Source: Mustelus asterias
Taxonomy: Eukaryota
Assembly: GCF_964213995.1 (NCBI RefSeq)
Contig: NC_135823.1
Coordinates: forward strand, 248,001 to 312,000
Direction of reading: 5' to 3'
Length of the DNA: 64,000 nt
Position numbers and translations under genes: made by a program. Under the pieces are notes generated by a model. The model saw nothing but the letters and a program-made list of their open reading frames with translations. It did not search any database and was not told where the DNA came from. Positions 11,889-26,000 of the stretch are shown one piece after another; the stretch's first letter is position 1; each line of letters opens with the position of its first letter.

Positions 11889-12215
11889 CTCCAACCAGCA
11901 GTGTTGGTCCATTCTTGAGCGGTTGATAGCCATCTGTATCAGCACAGTAGTAGGAACCCGAGTCATTCGCCTGAACATTGCGAATTTCCAGTAACAATTC
12001 ACCTTTGCCGTGGCCTTTTTTTGAAATAAACTTACAACCGTCTCCCTGACAGGATTGGATATCGATTAGTTTCGGAATTTCACCAACACTTTGTTTGTAC
12101 CAGAAATAGCTAGCCACGAATTCCACCTCGTAACTGTGGTGACAGGTTAAATTCACCGCCTGTCCGACTTCAGCTGTTATTGTGAAGGGCCTTTGAGGTA
12201 GAGAGGGCTCAGAAT
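11889..12215 (-). CDS. Gene A V-set exon including a degenerate J-like G strand (LKNGPTLLVG)
   Basis: Acceptor ctctctagttacag, donor GAG|gtaaga, 327 nt, phase 1->1. Motifs VNLTC, WYKQ, LEIRNVQANDSGSYYC. Intron to C1 is 90 nt; no RSS seen. Confidence 0.92.
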
Positions 12216-12434
12216 CTGTAACTAGAGAGGTTATTGACACATTACCACGGATTATTTCGACATAGAAAGCTGCCGTTTGAAGACAAAAACGCCCGTAAAT
12301 TAAGAACAATCTCATTAATGTCTTCAATTATACTTCCTTAGATTTATTTTCCAAGTTGTGTTTTCTTCGCTTGAAAGGAGGAAACAGAAAATCCCTTGTA
12401 CCGATCACTAAGTCGCATTTGCAGTGCTGTAGCC

Positions 12435-12745
12435 GGGCGGCATGGTTGTTGGAACCATTGCTTCACAGCGCTCGGGACCCGGGTTCAATTGCTGGCTTGG
12501 GTCACTGTCTGTGCACGTTCTCCCCGTGCCTGCATGGGAGATTCCTCCCACTCTCCGAAACCCGTGCTGGTTAGGTGCATTGGCCGTGCGAAACTCTGCC
12601 TCTGTGTACCAGCACTGACGCGGGAGTGTGGCGACTCCGGGCTTTTCACAGTAACTTCATTGCAGTGTCGATGTAAAAGTAAAGATTATTTATTAGTCAC
12701 AAGTAAGGCTCACATTAACCCTATAATGAAGTTACTGTGAAATTC
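12435..12745 (+). mobile_element. HE1-like SINE in gene A intron 1
   Basis: gggcggcatggttg...gggttcaattgctggcttgggtcactgtctgtg. Confidence 0.75.
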
Positions 12746-12829
12746 CCCTGGAAGCCGACTTGTGACACGAATGCTTAAAAACTAATTTTGCTGCTGCCAT
12801 TTTAAATGTCTCACCTGGCAAATACTCAC

Positions 12830-12884
12830 CATGAGCCCGCAACAGGTGGAGAATGAGTATCAGGCATAAAGATTGCTGGGACAT
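12830..12884 (-). CDS. Gene A leader exon: MSQQSLCLILILHLLRAH
   Basis: aaaATG start, hydrophobic core, 55 nt, phase-1 donor G|gtgagt matching the V exon phase. Confidence 0.85.
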
Positions 12885-14199
12885 TTTGCAGAGGTGAGCA
12901 ATATCTCCCTGTTTCCACTCACCAGTTTATTTTTGCTGAGCGGCCAAGGACTGACCTGGTCTCAGTCCCAGTTAATTGTTGCACTTTGAGATTGGGCGGA
13001 AACTATGACAAGAGACACAATGGAAAGTATGACACAATGCTGGTGGCGTAGCGCTGCGGAATGCGACATGCATTTGACGCACTGTGGTCGCCGCCGACGT
13101 GTCACAATGGTCAAGTGATAGAATATCCACGCAGAGTTTGGCTGGTTTCTCGTTCCGAGGGCATCACAAGCTAATCATTGTGTGGATATGTGCTGAATAT
13201 GTAAGTTACAGTTTAATGTATTCTCAGAATGTGTGATATGGCGGCTTAGTTTAGAAAGATGAGCGCGGGGATCTCACTGAAACTTACAGAACACTGAAAA
13301 GCCTGGGTAGAGTGGATATGGAGAAGATCTTCAGAATAGAATAGAATAGAATCACTGCAGTGCAGAAGGAGGCCATTTAGCCCATCGAGGCTGCACTGAC
13401 AATGACCCCACTCCGGAACGCCACCTTACACTCCGAGCCCGCCGACACTAAGGGGCAATTTTGCATGGCCAATCCAACTAACCCATACATCTTTGGATTG
13501 TGTGAGGAAACTGGGGCACCGACAGGAATCCCATGCAGACGCGGGGAGAATGTGCAAACTCCACACATTCACCCAAGGCCGGAATTGAACCCGAGTCCCT
13601 GGTGCTGTGAAGCAGCAGTGCTAACCACTGTGCCACCGTCCATCAGTTGGAGAGACTCGCCTCCGAGTGCACAGACTCAGAGTAAAGGGGTGACCCTTTA
13701 GCACCGAGAAGAGAATGAATTCCTTCAGCCAGAGAGACGTTAATCTGTGCAATTTATTGCCACAAAAGGCCGTGGAGGCCAAGTCATTGAGTGTATTTAA
13801 GACAGAAATAGGTAAGTTCTTGATTGGAAAGTGGTTCAAAGATTTAGAGGAAAAGGCGGGAGAATGGGGTTGAGAAACATATCAGCCATGATCGAATGGC
13901 AGAGCAGACTCGATGCAGAATGGCGTAATTATGGTCCTTAATCCTATGGGCTTATGGCTTGGCCAACATGTATTAACCATCTCTATGATCCGATTGATTG
14001 ATGGTGTTGAGTTGTCTTTTTAGAACATAGAGTATATATCATGGAAGTGTACAGCACTTCGATGTTGTGCTGAACATGGCGGAAATTAAACTAATCCCTT
14101 CTGCCTGACCTTGGTCCATACCAAAGATGTGCGGGTTAGGTTGATTGGCCATGCTAAAAATTGCCCTTAGTGTCCTTAGATGTGTAGATTAGAGGGATT

Positions 14200-14765
14200 A
14201 ACGAACAAAGAACAAAGAACAGGACAGCACAGGAAATTGGCCCTTCGGCCCTCCAAGCCTGTGCCGCTCCTTGGTCCAACTAGACCAATCGTTTGTATCC
14301 CTCCATTCCCAGGCTGCTCATGTGACTATCCAGGTAAGTCTTAAACGATGTCAGCGTGCCTGCCTCCACCACCCTACTTGGCAGCGCATTCCAGGCCCCC
14401 ACCACCCTCTGTGTAAAAAACGTCCCTCTGATGTCTGAGTTATACTTCGCCCCTCTCAGCTTGAGCCCGTGACCCCTCGTGATCGTCACCTCCGACCTGG
14501 GAAAAAGCTTCCCACTGTTCACCCTATCTATACCCTTCATAATCTTGTCTACCTCTATTAGATCTCCCCTCATTCTCCGTCTTTCCAAGGAGAACAACCC
14601 CAGTCTACCCAATCTCTCCTCATAGCTAAGACCCTCCATACCAGGCAACATCCTGGTAAACCTTCTCTGCACTCTCTCCAATGCCTCCACGTCCTTCTGG
14701 TAGTGCGGCGACCAGAACTGGACGTAGTACTCCAAATGTGGCCTAACCAGCGTTCTATACAGCTG
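14200..14765 (-). mobile_element. Young CR1-like 3' fragment inserted into an HE1-like SINE
   Basis: ORF 14280-14735 and (gaacaaa)n tail. SINE sequence stops near 14200 and resumes near 14785. Confidence 0.85.
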
Positions 14766-15654
14766 CTATACAGTGGGATCAGTGGGTAAATATGTAGGGA
14801 TATGGGGGTAGGGTCTGGGTGGGATTGTGGTCGGTGCAGACTCGATGGGCCGAATGGCCTCTTTCTGTACTGTAGGGTTTCTATGATTTCTATGATATCC
14901 CCCTGTTCCTTGCATATTCATGTCCTTATCTAAAATCCCCTTTAACGCCCCTATCGGATCTGCCTCCAACACCACCTCAGACAGCGCGTTCCAGACACTT
15001 AGCACTCTCTGTGTAAAGAATTTGTTCCTCACTTCTCCTTTGAACTTTCCCCCTCTCACCTTAAGTGCATGCCCCTTAGTAGTTGACATTTCAAACGGGG
15101 GAAAAAAGGATTTTGAGTGCCAACTCTATTCATGACTATGATAATTTTTATAGACTTCTATCAGTTCTCCCCTCAGCCTTCACTGCTCCAGAGAAAACAA
15201 CTTCTGCATCTTCTCTGTGGTAGTCCATGTGCTACATCAGCAGTGCTAAATAAGGAGCGAGGACCACCATTTTGACCACGCCGTAGTGAAGGAACGACAA
15301 TAGATTTCCAACATATTGCCTCTGATTGGGAGGGGAGTTGATGGCGATGGTGTCCCCATGCATCCACTCTCTTTGTCCTTCAGGGCCAATAAGGTGTGGA
15401 TTTGCAAAGTGAATGACAGGAATATAGATTGAATGCAATAGTACACACTATGAGCCATTCTGAAAAAAAACTTTATTTTTACAATTATTGATATAGAAAC
15501 ATAGGCAACATAAGCAAGAAGAGCTCATTTGGCACTTTGAACCTGCTCCGCCACTCAGTTTGGTCAAAGCTAATCATCAAATTCAATGTCCTGATCCCCC
15601 CCTTTCCCCCATATTCCTGTTTAGCCCCAAGAGCTATTTCTTCTAATTCTTCGA

Positions 15655-16725
15655 ACTCCTTGTGGATTCAGAACTGGCTTGCCTGCAGAAAGCAGAGAGT
15701 GGTTGTAGACGGGTCTTTTTCTGAATGGAGGTCTGTCACCAGTGGATTGCCCCAGGGATCTGCTCTGGGACCCTTGCTGTTTGTCAATTTCATAAATGAC
15801 CTGGATGAGGAAGTGGAGGGATGGGTTGGTAAGTTTGCCGACGACACGAAGGTTGGTGGTGTTGTGGATAGATTGGAGGGATGTCAGAAGCTACAGCATG
15901 ACATAGATAGGATGCAAGACTGGGCGGAGAAGTGGCAGATGGACTTCAATCCGGATAAATGTGTAGTGGTCCATTTTGGCAGGTCAAATGGGATGAAGGA
16001 GTATAATATCAAGGGTAAGACTGTTAGCAGTGTAGAGGATCAGAAGGACCTTGGGGTACGGGTCCATAGGACTCTTAAATCGGCCTTGCAGGTGGAGGAG
16101 GTGGTTAAGAAGGCGTATGGTGTGCTGGCTTTCATCAATCGAGGGATTGAGTTTAGGAGTCCGGGGATAATGATGCAGCTATGTAAGACCCTCGTCAGAC
16201 CCCACTTGGAGTACTGTGCTCAGTTCTGGTCGCCTCATTACAGGAGGGATGTGGAAATGATTGAAAGGGTGCAGAGAAGATTTACAAGGATGTTGCCTGG
16301 ATTGGTTGGCATGCCTTATGAGGATAGGCTGAGGGAGCTCGGTCTTTTCCCCTTGGAGAGCCGAAGGATGAGAGGTGACCTGATAGAGGTGTACAAGATG
16401 TTGAGAGGTATAGATCGGGTGGATTCTCTGAGGTTTTTCCCAGGGCTGAAATGGCTGCTCCGAGAGGACAAAAGTTCAAGGTGCTGGGGAGTAAGTACAG
16501 AGGAGATGTCAGGGGTACGTTTTTCACTCAGAGGGTGGTGGGTGAGTGGAATCGGCTGCCGTTAGTGTTGGTGGAGGCAAATTCGATAGGGTATTTTAAG
16601 AGATTTCTGGATGAGTACATGGAACTTAATAGGATTGAGGGTTAGAGGTAAGCCTATATATAAGCCTTGGTTGGTCGGGATATGACCGGCCTCTTTGTGC
16701 TGTATTTTTTCTATGTTCTATGTTC
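15655..16725 (+). mobile_element. 5'-truncated CR1-like LINE (RT core to 3' end)
   Basis: SGLPQGSALGPLLF..FINDL and KFADDTK in ORF 15537-16565, frameshift near the 3' end, ttctatg tail. Confidence 0.9.
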
Positions 16726-18304
16726 CAAATCACAAAACGTTTTGGCCTCAACAACTTTCTGTGGTAGTGAATTTCACACATTGGCCCCTCTCTGGGTGAA
16801 GACATTTCTCTCCACCTCAGTTCTAAAAGGTTTACCCCTTATCCTCAAACAATCACCACTAGTTCTGTTCACCCCCACAATCAGGACCACTCTTTCTGTA
16901 TCTCCTCTGTCTAAACCTGGTGGAACTTTAGAAGTTACAGCGAGACCCCCTCTCACTCTCCTTAACGCTGAAGAATTCAATCCGAACCAACTTAGTCTCT
17001 CCTCACTTGACAGACCTGCCATCTCAGGAATCAGCCTGGTGCACCTTCGCTGTCCTTCCTGTATAGCAAGGACATGCTTCCCTCAGATAAGGGCAGCCAA
17101 TATTGTACACAACACTCCAGGATTATTTTTGAAATCACATAACGTTTTGGCCTCAACTACTTTATGTGGTAATGAATTCCACACTTTCATCACTCTCTGG
17201 GTGAGGAAATTTCTCCTCACTTCAGTCAAAAAACAGGGGCGGCACGGTCGCACAGTGGTTAGCACTGCTGTTTCACAGCACCAGGGACCTGCGTTTGATT
17301 CCCGGTTTTCGTCACTGTCTGTGTGGAGTATGCACGTTCTCGCCGTGCCCGCGTGGATTTCCTCTGGGTGCTCTGGGTTCCTCCCACATTCTGAAAGACA
17401 GACTAGTTCAGTGAATCGACCCGAACAGGCGCCCGACTGTGGCGACGGTGGGAATTGCAACTTTCACAGGAAGTTAATTGCAGTGTTAATATAAGCCTTA
17501 CTTGAGACTAATAAATTGACTTTAAACTTGAAAAGGTTTACCCATATCCTCAAGTATGATCCCTCGTACGGGACACAACCTGCTTGCACAGAAACTGGAA
17601 AATATTGGATGGACTGTGGGTGAATACATTTGAAATGCACAGTGGCGGCCTTAATGAGTTGTTTCGATGCTCCCTGTATGTAAAGAATGCACGGCTCGCT
17701 GATTGAGGGAATAATCATTTGTGAGTGAATCTGGGCATCTTTAACCTGTCTTCCAAACTGGGCCTTGAATAAACACATGGACCTAGTGTCGTATTTATGA
17801 GGACACTGTACATAAGGTCATTCATACAACAACCTGGTCTTTGTTCGTTGTATCAAAGCTGGCAGCAGACAGTCTGCTGCTTGCGGTTTCAAGCTGAGAG
17901 CCAAGCTGTGCCCTCGGCAGGCAGCTCTGTGCGTGCAGCGTCTCAACGGTGAAAACAAGCAAACCACTGAGAGTTTCTGGCTCGAATAATTTCCCATCAT
18001 TGGTGTAAAGTGGATGGAGTCTTGGCTAGCGACTTCCGCCCCTCGATGTCCTCTGCACACCTCAGAACATGCGAGCCGTCCTTGTGTGTGTAGAAGCTAA
18101 CAGCCGTGGCCAGAGCTAATGTGCCTCTTTGCCCTCTTTTTAGGTAATGTGCCTCTTTGCTGCCACGTCAAACCCTCTGTTGCAGGGTCGACTGACTCAC
18201 TTCATTTTCATTCGAGGTCATGCACTTATGCAGGACAATTCAGGCACTCAATTCCCGGTAATGTCAGAAGCCATTCGACAAATCTCTTTATATTAAAGAA
18301 GGAG

Positions 18305-18655
18305 AGGCTATGGCCGAGTGGCATTATCGCTGGACTATTAATCCAGACACTCAGCTAGTGTTCTGGTGACCCTGGTTCTAATCTCGCCACGGTACCTGGA
18401 TGAGTATGAATTCAATGAAAGATATCTGGAATTCAAAGTCTACTGATGACCATGAAACCAATGTCGATTGTCAGGAAAAACCCATCCACTTCGCAAATAT
18501 CCTTTCGCGAAGGAAATCTGCTGCCCTTATCTGTTCTGGCCTACATGTTCCTCCAGACTCACGGCAATGTGGTTGACTCTCAACTGCCCTCCGGCAACTA
18601 GGGATGCGCAAAAAATGCGGGACAGCCAGCGATGCCCATGTCCCATGAATGTATG
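18305..18655 (+). mobile_element. Second tRNA-derived SINE family (SacSINE1-like)
   Basis: Head tggccgagtggcattatcgctggact and 3' ggaaatctgc..caatgtggttgactctcaactgccctc. Related copies at 44168-44640 (+) and 46140-46470 (-). Family name is from memory. Confidence 0.6.
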
Positions 18656-19811
18656 ATCTTTTAGTCGCAACGTGCGTTCCCCATCATTATACTGAAGATT
18701 ATGTGACATGGGTTCCTGAGTGGTCTGACAGAGAATTTGCACGTTTCACAGAATTCACAGCAGAACTAGGTCATGTTTCCAATGAGAGAATCCAATAAGC
18801 AGCAACATTTGCCCCATTAACAGTTCCAAGTGTTTTGTCTGTTAGAATGATGCATTTTGACCCTTTGCAATAAGTGCCACTTCGATCGGGATTCTACTCT
18901 TTATTCTCATTGGAATTTCAAGTCTTAAAACAGTTGTTTAGGTGAGGACTGATGTTTAGCAGGCACATTTTAAAATAAATGCTTTTTTTTAAATGTGCAT
19001 TGATTTTGAACACCACTTGTAGCTCGTTTGTTTTTCCCTCAGAAATCTGAGTGAACAGCTCCCTCAAGGAAAAGTGAGCGAATGATCCATTTCATAATGT
19101 TGACCAGGAACATTGTTACTCTTTTGGTCGAGAGCGTCACCTTTCTCAGTGTGCAGATCACCAGCAATCTGTCCTGGTCCCGCCACGCCGATGCTATCGT
19201 TAGGAAAGCCCACCAACGCCTCTACTTTCTCAGATGACTGAGGAAATTCTGCAACTCTGCTACGCCTCTCACGAACTTTTACAGATGCATCATAGAAAAC
19301 ATCCTTTCCGAATGTCTCACAGATTGGTATGGCTCCTGCTCTGGCCAAGACTGCAAAAAACTACAAATGGTTGTGAATGAGGCCATCTGCATTTTATTGT
19401 TATCAGATAATTTAATCGAATCTGATGAACTCATTTATCTGTCACATTGGCAATTCCTGGAATAGGCTGTGGTGCATCAGCCACTGGACACTTCTAGTTG
19501 AAGTTTCTTACAACAGATTCAGCCTTGCATTTTGCACTGATGTGCTGGGCTCCGCCGTCATTGAGCTTAAAATATGATTGGAGCTTCCCAACCTGTTAAC
19601 TGTCGTATTTAATACCTCTATTCCCGACTGAATGGAGCAGGACTGCAGTTGACACTGATCTGCTCATTGTGGGGCCATTTAGCTCTGTCTATCGCATTCT
19701 GCGTTCGCTGTTTGTCACACAAGTCTTCCTGTGCTGTACCTTAACGACGTTACATTTTACTTTTAAGGTTCATCTCCAGCCAGTGCATCCTTCAAGTGGA
19801 TTTCAAGATAA

Positions 19812-21990
19812 GACCATAAGACCATAAGACATAGGAGCCGAAGTAAGGTCATTCGGCCCATCGAGTCCACTCCACCATTCAATCATGGTTGATTTCAACT
19901 CCATTTACCCGCTCTCTCCCCATAGCCCTTAATTCCTCGAGAAATCAAGGATTTATCAATTTCTGTCTTGAAGACGCTCAACGTCTTGGCCTCCACAGCC
20001 CTCTGTGGCAATGAATTCCACAGACCTACCACTCTCTGGCTGAAGAAATCTCTCCTCATCTCTGTTCTAAAGTGACTCCCTTTTATTCTAAGGCTGTGCC
20101 CCCGCGTCCTAGTCTCCCCTGCTAATGGAAACAACTTCCCTACGTCCATCCTATCTAAGCCGTTCATTATCTTGCAAGTTTCTATTAGATCTCCCCTCAA
20201 CCTCCTAAACTCCAATGAATATAATCCCACGATCCTCAGACGTTCATCGTATGTCAGGCCTACCATTCCTGGGATCATCCATGTGAATCTCCGCTGGACC
20301 CGCTCCAGTGCCAGTATGTCCTTCCCGAGGTGTGGGGCCCAAAATTGCTCACAGTACTCCAAATGGGGCCTAACCAGTGCTTTATAAAGCCTCAGAAGTA
20401 CATCCCTGCTTTCGTATTCCAAGCCTCTTGAGATAAATGACAACATTACATTTGCTTTCTTAATTACGGACTCAACCTGCAAGCTTACCTTTAGAGAATC
20501 CTGGACTAGGACTCCCAAGTCCCTTTGCACTTTAGCATTATGAATTTTGTCACCATTTAGAAAATAGTCCATGCCTCTATTCTTTTTTCCAAAGTGCAAG
20601 ACCTCGCACTTGCCCACGTTGAATTTCATCAGCCACTTCTTGGACCACTCTCCTAAACTGTCTAAATCTTTCTGCAGCCTCCCCACCTCTTCAATACTAC
20701 CTGCCCCTCCACCGATCTTTGTATCATCGGCAAACTTGGCCAGAATGCCCCCAGTCCCGTCATCTAGATCATTAATATATAAAGAGCACAGCTGTGGCCC
20801 CAACACTGAACCCTGGGGGACACCACTTGTCACCGGTTGCCATTCTGAGAAAGAACCTTTTATCCCAACTCTCTGCCTTCTGTCTGACAGCCAATCGTCA
20901 ATCCATGTTAGTACCTTGCCTCGAATACCATGGGCCCTTATTTTACTCAGCAGTCTCCCGTGAGGCACCTTGTCAAAGGCCTTTTGGAAGTCAAGATAGA
21001 TAACATCCATTGGCTCTCCTTGGTCTAACCTATTTGTTATCTCTTCAAAGAACTCTAACAGGTTTGTCAGGCACGACCTCCCCTTACTAAATCCATGCTG
21101 ACTTGTCCTAATCCGACCCTGCACTTCCAAGAATTTAGAAATCTCATCCTTAACGATGGATTCTAGAATTTTGCCAACAACTGAGGTTAGGCTAATTGGC
21201 CTATAATTTTCCATCTTTTTTCTTGTTCCCTTCTTGAACAGTGGGGTTACAACAGCGATTTTCCAATCCTCTGGGACTTTCCCTGACTCCAGTGACTTTT
21301 GAAAGATCATAACTAACGCCTCCACTATTTCTTCAGCTATCTCCTTTAGAACTCTAGGATGTAGCCCATCTGGGCCCGGAGATTTATCAATTTTCAGACC
21401 TTTTAGTTTCTCTCGCACTTTCTCCTTTGTGATGGCAACCATATTCATCTCTGCCCCCTGACTTTCCTGAATTGTTGGGATATTACTCATGTCTTCTACT
21501 GTGAAGACTGACGCAAAGTACTTATTAAGTTCCTCAGCTATTTCCTTGTCTCCCATCACTAGATTACCAGCGTCATTTTGGAGCGGCCCAATGTCTACTT
21601 TTGCCTCCCGTTTGTTTTTAATGTATTTAAAGAAACTTTTATTATCATTCCTAATGTTACTGGCTAGCCTACCTTCATATTTGATCCTCTCCTTCCTTAT
21701 TTCTCTCTTTGTTATCCTCTGTTTGTTTTTATAGCCTTCCCAATCTTCTGACTTCCCACTACTCTTTGCCACATTATAGGCTCTCTCTTTTGCCTTGATA
21801 CATTCCCTGACTTCCCTTGTCAGCCATGGCTGCCGAATTCCCCCTCTGATAACCTTTCTTTTGTTTGGGATGAACCTCTGCACTGTGTCCTCAATTACTC
21901 CCAGAAACTCCTGCCATTGCTGTTCTACTGTCTTTCCCACTAGGCTCTGCTTCCTGTCGATTTTTGTCAGTTCCTCCCTCATGCGCCTGT
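19812..21990 (-). mobile_element. 5'-truncated CR1-like LINE with uninterrupted RT ORF (~700 aa)
   Basis: ORF 19895-22084 has [45 protein letters not shown] and FADD, plus (cttatggt)n tail. No endonuclease domain. Confidence 0.95.
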
Positions 21991-22289
21991 AATTAAGATG
22001 GAGGAGTATTGATACATGAGCTGATTCGGACAGTCTGAGGTAAATAGCAGGACGTTTCCTTGTCCATGGGTGTGCTGTTGGCAAGTAACGTCTTGTGCTC
22101 TGGAGAAGATTTTGGGAACTCAGTGTATAAATCTGAGATTCTACCTCCGTTCCGACTGCATGCTACTGTAGCGCCACCTCAGGGATGGTGATGGTGGTGT
22201 CTAGGACTTCCTCTGCCGGATGTGATTCCCTGAGTATGACGATTACAACCTTTTCCTTTCCTATTCGGAAAGAAGGAGCCGGCGGTAGA

Positions 22290-22300
22290 AGGGGGAGGGT

Positions 22301-22333
<33 letters not shown>

Positions 22334-22395
22334 GGGGGGGGGGGGGGGTGGTGGTGGGGGGGGGTGGGGGGTGAGAGAGAGAGGGAGGTGGGTAG
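22290..22395 (+). repeat. Poly-G / G-rich tract
   Basis: Long G runs seen directly. Confidence 0.9.
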
Positions 22396-22730
22396 GGAAT
22401 GCATTTCCTCTAAATTTGGAAGAGGCCCCCAGACGTTCTTAAGGACTACTTTGATGGGTCAACAGATTTGAGTTCGCATTTTATTTCTGCTGTTGTTTTT
22501 GGTGTCTCTATCAATGTTGAGCGAATCTCCCTGACAATCTAGTCCTATTGTACTGTTTTTATACAATGGGGTGACATAAAAGCTATCTCAGAGGTCTGGA
22601 ATCATAAGTAGGCAAGGTCAGACTGGGCGCAGAGCGACTATTTCATTCACTAAATGAGAAAAAATGTATGCAATGTTTCTTTATGACGATCGATCACGGT
22701 TTCGGGGTCTCTATAACTGGGGTGTGTTTT

Positions 22731-24666
22731 TAGAACCATAGAACCATAGAAAATTACAGCTCAGAAACAGGCCTTTTGGCCCTTCTTGTCTGTGCCGAAC
22801 CATTTTATGCCTAGTCCCACTGACCTGCAATTGGACCATATCCCTCCACACCCCTCTCATCCATGAACCCGTCCAAGTTTTTCTTAAATGCATTTACCAC
22901 TTTATCCGGCAGCTCATTCCACACTCCCACCACTCTCTGCGTGAAGAAGCCCCCCCTGATATTCCCTTTAAACTTTTCTCCTTTCACCCTTAACCCATGC
23001 CCTCTGGTTTTTTTCTCCCCTAGCCTCAGTGGCAAAAGCCTGCTTGCATTCACTCTATCTATACCCATCAAAATCTTATACACCTCTATCAAATCTCCCC
23101 TCAATCTTCTACGCTCCAGGGTATAAAGTCCCAACCTATTCAATCTCTCTCTGTAACTCAGCTTCTCAAGTCCCGGCAACATCCTTGTGAACCTTCTCTG
23201 CACTATTTCAATCTTATTTACATCCTTCCTGTAATTAGGTGACCAAAACTGTACACAATACTCCAAATTCGGCCTCATATAAACTTACCATAACACTCCA
23301 ACTTTTATACTCGATACTCCGATTTAGAAAGGCCAATGTACCAAAGGCACTCGTTACGACCCTCTCCACCTGTGACGTCACTTTTAGGGAATTCTGTACC
23401 TGTATTCCCAGATCCCTCTGTTCAACTGCACTCTTCAGAGTCCTACCATTTACGCTGTACGTTCTTCTTTTGTTTGTCCTTCCAAAGTGCAATATCTCAC
23501 ACTTGTCTGCGTTAAATTCCATTTGCCATTTTTCAGCCCATTTTTCGAGTTGGTCCAAATCCCTCTGCAAGCTTTGAAAACCTTCCTCACTGTCCACTAC
23601 ACCTCCAATCTTTGTATCATCAGCAAACTGGCTGATCCAATTGACCACATTATCATCCAGATCATTGATATAGATGACAAACAACAATGGACCCAACACC
23701 GATCCCTGCGGCACACCACTAGTCACAGGCCTCCACTCAGAGAAGCAATCCTCCACAACCACTCTCTGGCTTCTTCCATTGAGCCAGTGTCTTATCCAAT
23801 TTACTACCTCCCCATGTATACCTAGCGACTGAACCTTCCGAACTAACCTCCCATGAGGGACCTTGTCAAAGACCTTGCTGAAATCCAGGTAGACAACATC
23901 CATTGCCTTCCCTTCATCCACTTTCCTGGTAACCTCCTCAATAAACTCTAATAGATTGGTTAAACATGACCTACCACGCACAAAGCCATGTTGACTCTCC
24001 CTAATAAGTCCCTGTCTATCCAAATATTTGTAGATCCTATCCCTTATCACACCTTCCAATAACTTGCCCACCACCGACGTCAAACTTACTGGCCGATAAT
24101 TTCCCGGATTTCTTTTGGAACCTTTTTTAAACAACGGAACAACATGAGCCACCCTCCAATCATCCGGCACCTCCCCCGTGAATACTGACATTTTAAATAT
24201 GTCTGCCAGGGCCCCCTGCAAGTTCAACACTAGCTTCCCTCAAAGTCCGTGGGAATACCCTGTCCGGTCCTGGGGATTTATCCACTCTGATTTGCCTCAA
24301 GACAGCGAGCACCTCCTCCCCTTTAATCTTTAAAGGTTCCATGGCCTCCCTACCAGTTTGCCGTATTTCCGGAGACTCCATGCCCGTTTCCTCAGTAAAT
24401 ACGGATGCAAAAAAACCATTTAGTATCTCCCCCATCTCTTTTGGTTCCATACACAGTCTACCACTCTGGTCTTCAAGAGGACCAATTTTATCCCTCACTA
24501 TCCTTTTGCTCCTAACATACCTATAGAAGCTCTTTGGATTTTCCTTCACTCTGTCTGCCAAAGCAACCTCATGTCTTCTTTTAGCCCTCCTGATTTCCCT
24601 CTTAAGTAGCTTCTTGCACTTTTTATACTCCTCGAGCATCTGATGTGTTCCTTGCTGCCTGTACAT
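22731..24666 (-). mobile_element. 5'-truncated CR1-like LINE, frameshifted
   Basis: Three overlapping ORFs (24193-24666, 23235-24230, 22811-23278) form one RT; (ttctatgg)n tail. Confidence 0.93.
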
Positions 24667-25814
24667 TGGATTGTTATTTCTGTTATTTCCGCTATTAACA
24701 GAATTTTAATTCCACATTTTCCGAATTCTAATTCCACATGTTCCGAATTCTAATCCATATCCCAAACGGATTTGCCTGGACATGTCGACTGATATTACCA
24801 CCGTTGCACTGCGCCCCTGTTTCACAAGTCAAGTGGTCTACTTCTCTTACATGACATTTTAATTTAAAAATTAATGGCATGGTTTTTCATTTGAAGTATT
24901 TCATGGCCAATATTCATCCCAGATTGCCTATGATCCACATGCCAGTTTCATGTTCTATGCATTACGAATGAACTGATATGATACTGATTTGACACCTATA
25001 TATATGATTTCATCTATTTCCCAGGTTCAGTGGTGGTGCACAACCATACACTTAAAGCATTTTTCTGCATTGGACAAAGGTCGACAGGAAGACAAGAAGG
25101 AGGCTAGAAATCAAGTGGATTATCTCAGATTTCCAAACGGGTCCACTCAGTCAGAGACAGGAACTAAACTGTCAATCTAAATATCGAAGACTCTCAACAA
25201 ACAACTAAACTATGTTAAGATAATGGGTTTCCATTAGTAATATCGAAAATAACAATTTTAGAAAGAAATGATTGATTTCAAAGTGTTTGGAACTTTCCAC
25301 AGACGAGTGAGTTTGAAAATCCCTGGGACGTTACTTCCCACATAAACACTGGATGGCTTGTGGTAATATTACTGGATTTATTTTATAGATTAAGTGGCTA
25401 TAGGGACTGCACCCTAAAGGTATGTTTACTCATGAGTCGAACCAGGTAAGAATCTTTGCTGGAAAATGTTCTGTGAGATTAATGTTAATGGTGTAATGTA
25501 ATCTTCTGTGTCTATTTTTTTGTGTAACTTTTAATAAATGCATAACTTTAATATTTAAAAGCATCAAAGGTGTTGTGGCATTTCTGGCACCTGATCTCGT
25601 ACACACACCTTCTTGCAGAAAGGAGCAAGTAAAAGATGGGTGGAATTATGTGATTTTTCATTGTCACATGCATTGGGATACAGTGAAAAGTATTGTTTCT
25701 TGCGCGCCATACCGACAAAACATACCGTTCATAGAGTACATAGAGAGAAGGAAAAGAGAGGGTGCAGAATATACTATAATATAATCTAATAGAACAGAAT
25801 AGAATAGAATAGAA

Positions 25815-26000
25815 TACAGGGCAGGTGTGACCTCTACACAAAAAAACGAGTGGCACTTGAATCCCAGGGGGACCAATATCCTGGCGGGAAGGTTGGCTGA
25901 GGCTACTGGGGAGAGTTTAAACTAGATAGGTTGGGGAGAGGGGATCGAGACGAGGTGACTGGGAGCGAGGAAGTTAGATTGCAATCAGAGAAGGGTTATA
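25815..26000 (+). mobile_element. Fragment resembling the CR1 ORF1 C-terminus (esterase-like)
   Basis: Translates as DLY....WHLNPRGTNILAGRLA...SLN*, similar to the DGLHLN..GT..LA motif of CR1 ORF1. Confidence 0.5.

Noticed and set aside
17818-18060. GC-rich unique patch with an 80-aa ORF
   Set aside because: No recognisable domain or consistent splice sites; it may be regulatory but nothing specific supports a call.
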